Translations under genes and position numbers: made by a program | In this document: positions 25,294 to 54,114 of the stretch, piece by piece | Position numbering within the stretch: position 1 is the stretch's first letter | Layout: every line of letters starts with the position of its first letter | Notes under the pieces: generated by a model | Told to the model about the DNA's origin: nothing | Seen by the model: the letters and a program-made list of their open reading frames with translations, nothing else | Databases searched by the model: none | Source: Malacoraja senta | Lineage: Eukaryota | Length of the DNA: 64,000 nucleotides | Direction of reading: 5' to 3' | Assembly: GCA_038087875.1 (NCBI GenBank) | Contig: CM075988.1 | Coordinates: forward strand, 16,246,001 to 16,310,000

Positions 25294-27738
25294 AACAATG
25301 AGTGAATGTACAACTGCATTCACCGAGAGCTGGGTCTTATTGCTATAAAAGACATGAATGTTCAGTGAATAACCCGCAGATTTTGCCAAATGATTAAAAT
25401 TAAAATTCCAAGGTGGCACGATGGTGCAGCGGTAGAGCTGCTGCCTTCCAAGAGCATCTTAACCATGAGTTATAATCAGTTCATTTCTTCTACTATTTCC
25501 TTCTCTGGAGCCTTATTTTAAGAATTGATTCATATTGATAGACTACTGTATACTAATCATTGGTCTGGAGCAGAGGTACAGTAATTCCAGTCTGCCCAGC
25601 CCCATCCCGTAACACCACAGTTTACCACTCTAATTACGCATTGAATGAAAACTTTTTTAAAAATATAATTGTCTACCCCCAGTTTGAAAATTTAAGGTTC
25701 AAAGAATGTGTCCTTCTGGAGGCAACTGCTGGGTTTAAACAGTATAATTAATTATAGTAACTCTTGGATAGAAAATTGCAGCCATTTCCTCCCAATTATG
25801 TATTTCCATTCCTTAAATACAAAGCAAACCAAAGTAAGGCTATGTTTTGGTCATTGGAAGCTTATTTGTGATGAGCAACTGTAAGTTAAACATTACAGCA
25901 GGTTAAGTAATGGAAATGCACTCTTCTGGAAAGCTGATATACAGAATTAAAATTTGTTCTTACGGTATTTGTGTGACATTTTTTTACAACTCGCATTTCT
26001 TGGTGCATGCACAGATGATGTGGCTTTGCATTAAAGAAAAGCAACAATAAAAATGGTTTGCTGCGAACGTAACTGCGTAATGTCTGAAATTACTTCATCA
26101 CAGCATTATTTTACTGGGATACAACATTCAACTTCACAGGTGAATTTCTAACCCACATTGTGTCTACACATTGTTCTATTTTGTTGCATTGTTCTATGAA
26201 ATGCTCACAGAATAAAAACATCTCTTAACCTTCAATGTTTTTTTAATTTAAAACACTTTGTTCATTTAATTAGCAATTATTGACACTGTGAGAAGTGACA
26301 ATTTAGAGATTGTCACAGCTTTAGTTCATTTCTTGGTGTTAATTCATAAAATGTTGCATTTCTGGAAGATTGGTCTATTGTGTGTATTTCACCACCAGGA
26401 GGCTTCAATTGTGCATTAATATTTCGAATTCTTGAATGCAGAAAACGAATTAAAATCTTAGTCGTGAAATAAAAGCAACATTAAAGCTGGAGTTATTGTG
26501 TTTATTTATAATTTGAGATTAGTGTACTGCTTTTCCAGTTAGATATTGTTTGATAAGTTTCACACCCATATCCCACTGCCTGGGTGCACAGATGTGATCA
26601 GAAGATCCAAATTGGGACATTCGGCATTATTGATTGTATGGTGAGCAGAAGTATCAGTTACTGTGCTATTTTCTTCACAGTGCTAAGAAACCAACAATGT
26701 AAATACAAAGTTGAAGTCAAGCAGCTCAGATTTGTCTGTGGAATTCTCTGCCTCAGAGGGCGGTGGAGGCCGGATCTCTGGGTACATTCAACAGAGAGCT
26801 AGATGGGGCTCTTAAAGATAGCGGAGTCAGGGGATGTGGGGAGAAGGCAGGAACGGGGTGCTGATTGGGGATGATCAGCCATGATCACATTGAATGGCAG
26901 TGCTGGCTTGAAGGGCCGAATGGCCTACTCCTGCACCTATTGTCTATTGTCAAGTCACGTTTATTTCTATAGCACATTTAAAAAACAACTCTCGTTGACC
27001 AAAGTGCTTTACATTGGTGGAGGTACTAACGTTATGCAACTGTGGTTCATAGATTAAGTACATACATAAATACATACATATAGCCCTCCCTCAGAGGTTA
27101 TTGTCTATTTGCAATGTGCCAATATTTAATGCCTTAAGCTATGAATTAACAAATTTGATTTCAGAAAAATAAGCTGTTTTGTACATTAACATTACCAAAT
27201 CTATTGGTTCTGATTCTGGTCACTATATGGTTTTTGATTGATTAGAAAATGCAGATGAAAATAGGCCTTTCGCCCCATCGAATCCATGCCAAACATCAAC
27301 CACTTTCATATTCACTTCAATCTAGTTCTATAATATCCCAATTTCACACTAGGGACAATTTGTAGAGACCAATTAACCATGCCAGGCCAACTCCTGCATA
27401 ACTGACGTCGTGTCACCATCAGGACAATGGACCTTTAAGACCAAAGTATTACTCCATATGTTTAATAACTTGATACAAGATAAAAAAACTCTGCTGGCTA
27501 CTCTTTCCCTGAAGAAGGGTCCCAACCCAAAACATTGGTTATCCATGTTCTCCAGAGCTACTGCCTGTCCCGTTGAGTTACTCCAGCACTGTGTGTGTTT
27601 GTTTATAAATCAGCATCTGCAGTCCCTTGTTTCGCCATTCAACTTTATGTGTACTGCCTCAGAAGAAATCTACTACATTCAATACTACAATTGTTGCACT
27701 CCTGTACTGATGTATGATTGTGCTTATATTGTGCTTTA

Positions 27739-28043
27739 GGGCAGCACGGTGGCGCAGCGGTAGAGTTGCTGCCTTACAGCACGTGCAGCGCCGGAGACAC
27801 TGGTTCAATCCCAACTACAGGTACTATCTATACGGAGTTTGTAAGTTCTCCCTGGGACCGTGTGGGTTTTCTCCAAGATCGTCGGTTTCCTCCCATATTC
27901 CAACGACGTACAGGTAGGTAGGTAAATTGGTTTGGTATAAATGTAAATTGACCCTAGTGTGAGTTGGATAGTGTTAATGTGCGGGGATCGCTTGTCGGTG
28001 TGGACTCGGCAGGCCGAAGGGCTTGTTTCAGCACCGTAACTCT
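27739..28043 (+). mobile_element. tRNA-derived V-SINE (HE1-like)
   Basis: GGGCAGCACGGTGGCGCAGCGG head, B box, V-domain, tail. Confidence 0.85.
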
Positions 28044-28138
28044 AAAAAATACAGTATATATAGCAATAATTTTACAGAATTGTATGCAAAATAAAGCATT
28101 TCACTGCATCTGGAATATGTGTTAACAAGCAACCATGG

Positions 28139-28965
28139 AAGATAGCCACAAAAAGCTGGAGTAATTCAGCAGGTCAGGCAGCATCTCTGGAGAAAAAGAA
28201 CATGGAACATTTTGGGTCGAGACCCTGCTTCAGACTGAGAGTCAAGGAAAATGGAAACAAGAGATGTAGAAGGTACATAGAACAAATAAATGAAAGATAT
28301 GCAAAAAGCAATGATAATCAAGGAAAGGTAGAGCCCACAATGGTCCATTGTTGGCTGTGGGGTAGATGATAATGAGTTATACAGACAGTGAAACTGACCA
28401 GGACAACAGTGAAACTAGTATGACGACCAGCGTTGGGGAAGGACGGAGAGAGGGGGGATGCAAGGGTCACTTGAAGTTAAATAAATTATACTGCTGGGTT
28501 GTATTCCCATACTGACCTTTCTGTCCTGGGCCGCCTCCACTGTCAGAGTGAGGCCAAACACAAAAGGGAGAAACAGCACCTCATATTTTGCTTGGGCATC
28601 TTACAACCCAGCGGCATTAATATTAATTTCTCTAACTTCAAATAACCTTGCTTTTCCTCTCACTGTCCCTCCCCAACCCTAGTTCTCTGATTCGTTTCAC
28701 TGTCCTGATTAATTTTACTGATTGTATGCCTCGTTGCCAACTTCCCCGCAGCCAACAATGAACCATTGTACATTTCCTTGACCATCGTCTGCTTTGATCT
28801 GTTGTTTTCACACCTTACCCTTCCAAGTCTCTAGTCTCCTTCTCCCCTCGACCCGAAACGTTACCTATTCCTTCTTTACAGAGATGCTGCCTGACCCACT
28901 GAGTTACTCCAGCATTTTTTGTCTATCTTCGGTGTAAACCAGCATCTGCAGTTCCTTCCTCCCAC
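28139..28965. mobile_element. Penelope-like element, two inverted 3' fragments
   Basis: 28508-28645 encodes HTDLSVLGRLHCQSEAKHKREKQHLIFCLGILQPSGININFSNFK*, the PLE GIY-YIG C-terminus; the left arm is the reverse complement of the right arm. Confidence 0.8.
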
Positions 28966-29499
28966 ATTGCCTTGATCAGCGTCTGCTTTGATCTGTCCTT
29001 TTCATCTGTCCTTGATTACTAATCTTTCCCCGATTAGTGGATGTCATTGATTAGTACGGGTGTCAGCGGTTATGGGGAGAAGGCAGGAGAGAATGGGATT
29101 AGGAGAGAGAGATAGATCAGTCATGATTGAATGGCAGAGTAGACTTGATGGGCCGAATGGCCTAATTCTGCTCCTATCACTTATGAATTTATGAACGCCT
29201 TTGAACCCTTCCATATCTGTAATAATAATAATAATAATAATAAATACTAATAATAAATACTTTATTAATCCCCTTTTCAGGGGAAATTCAGGTCCTTGCA
29301 GCACACTAATAAAAATACAACATAGCATTAAAGAAGAAGTTTAACAGTTTCTTTCTCCCTTGACTCTCAGTCCGAAGAAGGGTCTCGATCGAAATGCCAC
29401 CCATTCCTTCTCTCCAGAGGTGCTGCCTGTCCTGTTGAGTTACTCCAGCATCTTGTATCTATCTCACCAACCACTACACCCTTGGATGGAACAGAGAGT

Positions 29500-29715
29500 C
29501 ACAGGCGGACTACAAATCCCAGCATTCACCGCGCTGTCGGCGCGCATGCGCATCGCGTGGGAGAGGCCTGGTCGTTGCGGGCCCCGGCCGTGGGATGAAG
29601 CGACGAGGCCGGCATTACTCCCCTGTCAGACGTGCCGGGCCGGGCCTGCTCCCCGCAGCGAGCGCGGCTCCCTCGTCTCCCGCCTTTGACCCCCTCCCTC
29701 TCTCCCCGCCCGCAG
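29500..29715 (+). promoter_or_regulatory. DPAGT1 CpG-island promoter
   Basis: CpG-dense. ACTACAAATCCCAGCA at 29509 matches the ZNF143/THAP11 composite motif; CGCGCATGCGCA at 29541-29552 matches the NRF1 consensus; no TATA box seen. Confidence 0.75.
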
Positions 29716-44922
<15,207 letters not shown>

Positions 44923-45709
44923 TTCTCATTTGCAAATATTTGAAGCAGGGATTATTGCTCTTGGGAGTTGTCTAACTCTGACCTGCCTGTCTCGCTCACT
45001 GGAACACCGGAGTGTCAATTGATTGCTTGGTTGGATGTGCGGAGTTGGGATTTTGATTTGATTTTTATTGTTAGTGCACTTCATTGTTAAATAATGTTGC
45101 TAAAAATTGGTCTTGAATATATTTGATCTAATTCATATGAGCATTGAAGGAATCTAATGAGAGAGTGTGTGTAATGGTCCGACTTTATGATTTAAATTAC
45201 TGCATAAAATAATGTGACTGGATCTCCAAATTGCGTGGAGACAATTTCAATGTATTTGTTCTTGAATGATGCACTTCATTATGTTGCACACATCTTTGCT
45301 CTATGTTCCTCTAGAACTTGGTGCAATATCAAAGGATGCTTTATGTAAGGAAGAGCCTTTCACTATCTTGAAATCCTTTGTTTTAATTTCAAGATTATTT
45401 GTTCAGTTCTGGAGACTGAACCCTTACCTTATCAATGATTGTAAAGTCACTCGAGCTCTTGCATCTTTCATACCGCGACTGTCATTTTACTTCATCCATA
45501 AAATATCCTATCTGAGTAGCGATAACAATGACTTTAGGGGTAATCTGAAGAGACATCTTTGTGTCTGGCAGATGGACTACACTAAGGAGAAAATGTATTG
45601 ACATTCCTGAGCTTTAACTTGAAAGCCATGCAGCTTGAGGCAGTGTTTGTCAGTAACACCATTAGTAATGTCAGAGTACACACTGCATTACTAACATTTA
45701 AAAATTATT

Positions 45710-45715
45710 AATAAA
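45710..45715 (+). terminator. candidate DPAGT1 polyadenylation signal
   Basis: first AATAAA seen after the stop codon, ~790 nt downstream. Confidence 0.5.
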
Positions 45716-45717
45716 GC

Positions 45718-45985
45718 AAGTGGTAGAGCTGTTGCCTCCTAGCGCTAGAGACCCGGGTTTGATTTGACCTGGTGTGCTGTCTGTGTGGAGTTTGCATGTG
45801 ACCGAATGGGTTTACTCTCACGCCCCAGACATTGGGGTTTGCAGGTTAATTGCACTCTGTGAGTTGCCCGTGTGTAGGGAATGGATGAGATGGCGGGATA
45901 ACATAGAACTAGTGTAAATGGGTGATCGAGGTTCGCTATTGGCTCGGTGGGCTGGAGAGCCTGTTTACATGCTGTATCTCTAAAT
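45718..45985 (+). mobile_element. diverged V-SINE
   Basis: gtggtagagctgttgcctc head and tgtgtggagtttgcatgt V-domain. Confidence 0.7.
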
Positions 45986-47160
45986 TGAGTCTGAAATTGA
46001 AGAATGATAGAGTGGTGCTAGGGTTTCCTCGCCTGGGGCACTGTCTTGGATTTCTTGAAAGGGAATTTTTGCAGTGCAGAATGTGGAGAAGTGCAAACTC
46101 TTACAAATATGGTCAACGCTAGGAACTGCCAATGGTGAATCTTTCCTATATGGTTCGGGTAACTGGAGGCAAAGGGGACAGTTAGTAAATTGTTTATTTT
46201 TGTAAAGTTTGCATTTACAAGGAAAGTAAGTGGTTATTTATGCAATTTACAGTCAACAAACAGGACCCTAGGGGGCAAAACACAAAATGCTGGAGGAAGT
46301 CATCAGGTCAGGCAGCATCTGTGGAGGAAATGGACAGAAGGCACCATCAGGGCCCCTACCCTAGAAGTCTGTTTTGGAGGTCAATAATCCAAAGAAGTAG
46401 CTGCAGGCTTAAAATAATAGCTGTGAATGGAAACTAGAAGCATCTTTAAGATCAAACTACACTGGATGAAGTCCTAAGACATTCAGCATTGATGCATTGC
46501 TGACAGCCTTAAAAGAAAGTAATTTATTTATAAAACTTTACAACTCAATCAACTGAAATAAAACTGCACATCAAATTGCATCAATTTTCATCACATTTTA
46601 CTTCCCTCAGTTAAATAATGATAAGTTAACAGCAATTATTTAAAATAATGTTTAAGTAGCAGGGATTCTATCAGCTTGATATTTTGTGTGTCCATGGTAA
46701 GAATAAAATATTGCATCTGGACACTGAAATTTATCCACTGCTCAGAAATCTTTTAATGGTGAGTCTTTCCTATATGTGTGTTGTCTTGTTGTGACCCTAT
46801 TCTAAATCTGGTAACTTGAAAGATAAATGAATATTTGAATAATATGTAAGAGAATGTTACATTTTTATACATTGTGTATAAGATTGTGTAGAAGTGTGCA
46901 TAATTGAGAATAAGATACTCCATCAGTTGGTGACAATATAAACAATAGGGCTCTGACAACTGGCTTCAGGAACCAAATAAAAACTTCAGAGAATTTACTG
47001 AATGTAAAATACGTATGTGAATCCTAATTCAAGCTTCTTCACAAATGTGAAAGTGAAAAATACACCTTTTTAAGTCAGCTTTTGATTACAGTGTTAACTG
47101 CCAAAATTAATGTGACTTAGCTAAGAATGACATTCAACTCGACAAGCCACATAAATAATG

Positions 47161-47368
47161 GGTAGGAAGGAATTGCAGATGCTGGGTTATACCAAATATA
47201 GACACAAAATGCTGGAGTAATTCAGCGGGTCAGGCAGCATCTCTGGAGAAAAGCATTAGGCGACATTTCGTGTCTGATGAAGGGTTCCGATCCGAAACGT
47301 TGCCTATTCCTTTTCTCCAGAGATGCTGCCTGGCCCGCTGATTACTCCAGCATTTTGTGTCTAAGCAC
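47161..47368. mobile_element. palindromic Penelope-like mini-element
   Basis: arms 47199-47363; flanking direct repeat CATAAATAATG at 47150-47160 and 47369-47379; CTGATGA...GAAAC core at 47274. Confidence 0.75.
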
Positions 47369-47539
47369 CATAAATAATGTGTCTACCAGGGCAGGTCAGA
47401 GATTATCAGTTGGTGAGTGACTCGCTTTCTGACACCTCACTGTCTACTCACCATGCAAGGGATAAGCAACTCCAGCAACATTCCAGAAGCTCAGCACTAT
47501 CAAGGACAAAGCGGCACACTTGACTTGGATTGCAGGAAT

Positions 47540-48170
47540 GATGAAGAGGGTGTTTGGCATGTTTGCCTTAATCGTCAGGGTACATTTAGTATAGAGGTTG
47601 GAATGTCATGTTACAGCTGTACAAGATATTGCTAAAGCCACATTTGAAGTACCATGTACAGTTCTGGTTGCCCCTGCTGTAGGAAGGATCATGTTAAACT
47701 GGAAAGGGTACAAAAAGATATACAAGATTTGTTACAGAGTTTGGAAGGTTTAAGTTAAAAGGATAGGCTGGGTCTTTTTTCCCTGGAATGTTGGAGTCTG
47801 AGGGATAGAGGTTTATAAAACCATGAGAGGGCATAGATAAGGTAAATATTCAGTCTTTCCCCCAACGCAGGGGAATTTAAAACTGACTGCCATGGCTGTT
47901 AAGATAAGAGGAGAAAGATTTATAAGGGACCCGAGGAACACCTTTTTCACACAATGAGCTGTGCATATATGGAACAAGCTGCCAGAGAAAGTGGTAGAGG
48001 CAGAAACAATTACAACACTTAAAACACACTTGAACAGGTACATGGATGATAATGTTTTGGAGAGATATGAGTCAGGTGCAGGCAAGTAGGACTAGCTTGG
48101 TTAGTTAACTTTGTCAGCATGGATGAGTTGGGCCGAAGGGTCTGTCTCTGTGCTGCATAGCTCTACGACT
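47540..48170 (+). mobile_element. old CR1 LINE fragment
   Basis: degenerate PHLKYHVQFW, ttcacacaatgagctgtg and CR1 tail. Confidence 0.7.
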
Positions 48171-48589
48171 ATTTCTCTGCACTTGGTTGTTTAAACTCTT
48201 TGAATGAAGTACTAATATTGCAACAAATCATAGAATTGCAAAACTGCAATCCCATTTGGGTGGTATTGCAGGAGCAGTTTGTTGTCATCTTCAGTGAGCA
48301 CTGCAAGTGAAATTTCAGCTAAGTAACGGTTAAATGGTGTTTTATAATAGATTAGCCAGAACAAACATCTCTCGACTTCTGATGTTTTTACACTAGTAGG
48401 ACTCCTACTGGCAGAAAGAAAATTATCTTGTCACAGCCAGGAGGGTAAAATCAAATGACCATTGGAAGTGTAACAATGCAGACAATCTTCTTTTTATAGT
48501 AGACATGACAATAAACTGCTTAAACTCATTCTGATGTGTAATCTGCAGCTTGATAGTACTATTGTCTCTGATGTGAAAGGTACCATATA

Positions 48590-49300
48590 ACAGTACGGCC
48601 CAAGAACATGCCCTTTGGCCCACAAAGTTTCTTGCAAAACGCAATGCCATCTCTTATTTATCTGCACATAATCCATATCCCTCCATTCCCTGCATATCCA
48701 TGTGCCTATCCAAATGCCATTGCCATATCTGCCTCAGCCACTAATCCCAGCAGCGCGTTACAGGCTTCACCACCCTCTTTTTTAAACTTTGCCCCTCTCA
48801 CGATAAAGCTATGCCCTCTGTTATTTGATTTTTCCATCCTGGAAAACAGGTTGACTGTTTTTATATACTTTCATCAGGTCTCCACGCAACCTCCGGCGTT
48901 CCAGAGAAACGCCAAGTCTGTCCAAACTCTCCCTGTGGCTAATACCCACTAATCCAGGCACTCTTCTGGTAAACATCCTCTGTGTCGTTTCCAAAGCCTC
49001 CACATCCTTCCTGTAATGGGGCGACCAGAACTGCATGCAATACCCCAATTGCAGCCTGATCAATGTCCTATGAACCTGCATCATAACTTTCTGACTTACT
49101 CGATTCCTGACCTGTGAAAGCAAGCATACCTTCTTTACCACTATATATGCTTGTGTTGCCACTTGGACTTGGACCCCAAGATCCCTCTGAACATCAATGT
49201 TGTTAAAGGTCAAACCATGAATTATATATTTACCTCCCAAAATGCAACACCTCACACTTGAATAAATTCCATCTGCTATTTCTCTGCCACTTCTGTAGCT
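48590..49300 (-). mobile_element. CR1 LINE fragment
   Basis: VQRDLGVQV...YCMQFWSPHYRKDVEALE...LERRRLRGDL on the minus strand. Confidence 0.85.
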
Positions 49301-50871
49301 GATCTGTTTCTCGCTCTACTTTGACAACCTACATTATACCTTTGGTGTTTGCCGGTAGAATGCCCAAGCTGGTTAACTGCCACACTGTATTTCTCACACT
49401 CACTGATAAATATAAATTCAACCACAGTAGAAAAACATCCAGCATTGGACTTTCCTGAGAAATGCTTGAAGTTCCATGTGGAACTACTGACTTTGACTTA
49501 CACAGCTATCAGAAAGCTTGGAATGTAAGTGAATGTGGAAATCCTAAAGAGTGGGAGATCTACCCATTGAATCAATTAAAGGTTAGGTCTGATTGTAATG
49601 TTTGCTCTCCATTTGAAATTACTTTTGGCACAAATAACATGGAAAAATATAACACTGCATAAGTGGTAATTCCACGTAATACCACGGTCAAGATGGTGGA
49701 ACTTTCAAAGGCTGTGAATTTTACTTTACAACAGACCTGAAATAGCTTAGGAATAGAAGGATACTTTCATTATCAGTAATGGTATTCCTCAGAGAAGTTA
49801 TTGAGCAGAGACAACATCAACCTATCAAGATGGATATTGTAGACTCAAAAAGCTGGAGTAACTCAGCGGGACAAGCAGCATCTCTAGAGAGAAGGAATGG
49901 GTGATGTTTTGGCTCGAGACCCTTCAGCTGAGTATGGCATATGGACAGCAGTGGTTGTGTCTGTGGGTGAGAGATTGGAGTGATGGGGAAGAATGTTTCT
50001 ATCTGCACTGAGCTGGTGAAACCACCAGCATCTCCAGAGCCCCAGTAATTTCATAGATTACTGCAGAGGAGATCTTCAAAAGCAGTAAAGAGGCAATGGA
50101 CCATTCCCTCAACTGGTTTCAGGGATAGAGGGTTTGTTATACAAGGCAAGAGTGGGTCTATATTCTCCAGAATTTAAAAGAATAAGTTCTTGCTGAAACC
50201 GGGAAAAAAAATCCTATAAGGGTTGACAGGCTGAATGCAGGGAAGATATTTCTCACAGCCGAGGGATCTAGAACCATGGTTGCAGACTTATAATAATGAG
50301 TGGGCCATTTTGGACTCAGAAGGTATTTTTTAAGAGAGATGCAAGAGACTGCAGATACTGAGATCTAAAACAAAACAACTGCTGGAGGAACTCAGCAATT
50401 GTGCAGCATCTATATGCGCAAAGGAATGGTTGACATTTTGGGTAAGCCCTAGCAATTCTTAATATTGATGGTAAATCTTTGGAACTACCTCAGAGGGCTG
50501 TGGACTTGAAGTCATTAAGTTAATTAAAAATATATATTAAAATGATTTCTGTAGATTTAGGGATGATGCAGTAGTGTGGAAAAATGCGCTAATGTAGAGG
50601 ATCAACCATGATCTTGATGAATGGCAGATCAGGGCAGGAGGAGTCTCTCAGTCTGAAGAAGGGTTTCGACCCAAAACATCACCTGTTTCTTTTCTCCAGG
50701 GATGCTGCCTGACCCGCTGAGTTACTCCAACATTTTGTGTATATATAGGATTAAATTGTCTACCCCTGCTGTATATGTTAAATACTTAAGCACAAGTTAT
50801 GCTGCTGTGGTCGATGAAGACCAACTAAGACAACTGGTGTTGCACATGAAGACTGGTATGTATTTGTGGGA

Positions 50872-51078
50872 CTGCCACAGAAGGTAGTTGAGGCCAGTTC
50901 ATTGGCTATATTTAAGAGGGAGTTAGATGTGGCCCTTGTGGCTAAAGGGATCAGGGGGTATGGAGAGAAGGCAGGTACAGGATACTGAGTTGGATGATCA
51001 GCCATGATCATATTGAATGGCGGTGCAGGCTCGAAGGGCCGAATGGCCTACTCCTGCGCCTATTTTCTATGTTTCTAT
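50872..51078 (+). mobile_element. young CR1 3' end abutting the HINFP promoter
   Basis: near-identical to 61742-61947. Confidence 0.85.
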
Positions 51079-51084
51079 GAATGG

Positions 51085-51490
51085 CCTGCACCTGCCCGGC
51101 GGCGGAACCTTTCTCCGGAGCTTCACGTCTGATGATTCCGTCCGGACTCTGTTGAGATCAGACCCGCGGGACAGCCGCTGATTGGACGCTTTGTCCCAGC
51201 CGCCACCTCCCATTGGCTGGGAGCTTGGTTCAGTTGCACCAATCGGCGGCGGCGGCGGCGGCTCCGGCCCGGCGGTTCCCGGGAGACGCGGAGGCTGCGG
51301 GCGGTCGTGAGGGCGTGACGGGGGATCCTGACTGACACACCGACCCGGACCCGGCCTCAGCCTCAGCCCGGACCCTGCGCTGCCGCCGCCGCCGCCGCCG
51401 CCCACCGACACAGGTCCACCCGCCGGAAGTGGCCCCCCGCCCGCCAGCGAGTGCACTTCCGGTGCCGACTCCAGGCTCAGACTGGAGGAT
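51085..51490 (+). promoter_or_regulatory. HINFP CpG-island promoter / non-coding first exon region
   Basis: CpG island; CCAAT boxes at 51181, 51212 (ATTGG) and 51239 (CCAAT); ETS-type CCGGAAGTG at 51423 and CACTTCCGG at 51454; (GGC)n and (GCC)n runs; nearest downstream gene is HINFP. Confidence 0.7.
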
Positions 51491-51494
51491 GAAG

Positions 51495-52570
51495 AGAAGG
51501 AAGGTGGGAGAGAGGGAAGGTGGGAGTGGGAGAGAGGGAAGGGGAGAGGGAGAGAGGGAAGGTGTGAATGGGGGAGAGGGAAGGTGGGGGTGAGGGTGGG
51601 GGTGGGAGAGAGGGAAGGTGGGAGTGGGAGAGAGGGAAGGTGGGAGTGGGAGAGAGGGAAGGTGGGAGTGGGAGAGAGGGAAGGGGAGAGGGAGAGAGGG
51701 AAGGTGTGAATGGGGGAGAGGGAAGGTGGGGGTGGGAGAGAGGGAAGGTGGGAGAGGGAGAGAGGGAAGGGGGGAGTGGGAGAGAGGGAAGGGGGGAGTG
51801 GGAGAGAGGGAAGAGGGGAGTGGGAGAGAGGGAAGGGGGAGTGGGAGAGAGGGAAGGTGGGAGTGCGAGAGAGGGAAGGTGGGAGAGAGGGAAGGTGGGA
51901 GTGGGAGAGAGGGAAGGTGGGAGTGGGAGAGAGGGAAGGTTGGAGTGGGAGAGAGGGAAGGTGGGAGTGGGAGAGAGGGAAGGGGGGAGTGGGAGAGGGA
52001 AGGGGAGACAGGGAAGGTGGAGGGGGGAGTGGGAGAGGAAGGTGGGAGTGGGAGACAGGGAAGGTGGTGGTGGGAAGGGGAGACGGAAGGTGGGGGTGGG
52101 AGAGAGGGAAGGGGGTGGGAGAGAGGGGAGGTGGGAGAGGGAAGGGGAGAGAGGGAAGGGGAGTGGGAGGGAGGGGAAGTGGGAGAGAGGGAAGGGGAGA
52201 GAGGGAAGGTGGGAGTGGGAGAGAGGGAAGGTGGGAGTGGGAGAGATGGAAGGGGAGAGGGAGAGAGAGAGAGAAGGTGGGAAGGGGAGAGATAGAAGGT
52301 GAGGGTGGGAGAGTGTAGGTGAGGGAGGAATGGAGAGGTGGAAGGGGAGAAGGGAGAGGATGGGTATAGGAAAGGGTGCGAGAGAGTGAAAGGGGAAGAA
52401 TGGGGCCGACGGTTTCTGGAGAGTACGGTGTAGGGAGGGAAGGGGGAAGGGTAAGGGCGTGGGAGGGAAGGAGATGAAGTGGCGGGAGGGTAGTGAGGGA
52501 GAGGAGGATGGAAGGAAGGCGAGATACAGGAAAGGAGACAGAGGGTGAGGTGAGAGCCTGGTGGGGAAGG
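51495..52570 (+). repeat. G/A-rich tandem repeat (unit about GGGAGAGAGGGAAGGTGGGAGT)
   Basis: ~1 kb almost devoid of C on the + strand. Confidence 0.95.
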
Positions 52571-53273
52571 TAGAGTGTTAAAAACTTTAGTTGGGGCTAT
52601 GTTGGAAGCTTGCAGTAAACTTCAATTTCGTAGTGAGCAACTGTAGGCAGTGTGAATTGATTTGATTTCTCTACTATCTGAAAGAAATCTGCATTTAATG
52701 TTTACAGGGGCTGCAATAACCTGAAAGATTTCAGTTAATGTAATTCTAAATTTTATTGATATACAATATGAAGTGAGTCTCTGTTGCTCAACATACAAGG
52801 GAGTTCAAATCTCAAGCAAATTGGATAATTGGTATGACGCATTCAACCAAAAATGCCACTCTAATTTTTCTGATTTTTTTTTTAGAAAGTTTTCTAGCCT
52901 CCACATCAATCATCGGAAACTTGGGTAGCCCTGTGCGACAACATCACTTGAAGTAAATTAACAACTTCCTGGATTTCTGAGTGGATTGTAACGGGCAACC
53001 AAGACAAATAATATGTAGCTTTATGCACACTGGTTTATTGTGCATCTACATGCCTGAAAATGCAAACAATCAATGAGAAAAGATTTGCCTGGATGTAGGA
53101 TGTGATTTGAGCAGAACAAAATGGCAAAACGGAAGACGGGGTAAATATTTTTCACAATTTCACCAGTTTTCCATAATAAATAAGTTACATAAACAGTGTG
53201 ACCAACATCACAAAGCTGGTATACAGACAATTCAATTTAACATCTTAAAACGCTTGCAACACTGATACCTTGA

Positions 53274-53572
53274 AGGGCCTGTCCCACTGTACGAGGTAAT
53301 TCAAGTGCTCTCACGAGTTTAAAAAAAAAAAATCAAACTCGTGGTAAGTACGTAGCGGGTACGTCGGAGCTCGGGACATCTCTTAGCGGCTCGTAACGCT
53401 AACGGCAGGTACTCGGGAAACGTGGTAAGCTCGTGAAGATTTTTCAACATGTTGAAAAATGTCCACGAGAGCCCCGAGTACCTACGAGCGGCTATTACCG
53501 TAATTCTCCGAGTTCGAATCAGGGGAAATGCGGGAGAGCTCTTGAATTAGCTCGTACAGTGGGACAGGCCCA
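53274..53572. mobile_element. PIF/Harbinger-like MITE
   Basis: 38-bp TIR GGGCCTGTCCCACTGTACGAG... with 2 mismatches; flanks TGA/TAA. Confidence 0.8.
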
Positions 53573-54114
53573 TAAGTGATAATCAGGTGAATGGATAAAA
53601 ACACACCGTGCTGGAATAACTTGGCAAGTCAGGCTGCATTACTGGACAGTGTGGATGGGTGATGCTTCGGATTGGGAGGAAGGGTCCTGACCTGAAATGT
53701 CACCTATCCATGTTCTCCAGAGATGCTGAGTTACGCCAGCACTTTGTCTTTCTTTTAAATATAAGCCAGCATCTACAGTTCCTCATTTCTGCATGATCGT
53801 AAGTAGCCTCTAGGGTTTAAGGTCTCTTTAACGTTTAGAGGGATATGGGCGAAATTCGGGGAAATGGGACTATCATAGATTATCACCTTGGACAACATGG
53901 GTTAGTTGGACTTAGTTTGTTAGGGTTAGTCTGTTCCCATGCTGCAATGTCCCTATGACTCTGATCGCCATAGCCACAAGAGGAATATCTGGAGTGAAAT
54001 GCAGATGCAGATTTGGAAAAGAAATACCACACTATGATAAATGTGAGCAATTGACTTGATTCTTTGGAATAAATAATCTTAAATTCATTGGTATTCAACG
54101 TAACGCATTCAATG

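Noticed and set aside
45666..45683. Iron-responsive element (CAGAGT loop) in the DPAGT1 3' UTR
   Set aside because: The upper stem has only 3 bp and the bulge position is T rather than C.
51489..51503. uORF MKRRKV* formed by splicing 51503 to 59871
   Set aside because: The donor of the HINFP non-coding exon cannot be determined from sequence alone.
51568..52318. Three overlapping 200-244 aa G/E/R/W-rich ORFs
   Set aside because: Translations of a purine-rich tandem repeat that lacks stop codons; no coding signal.
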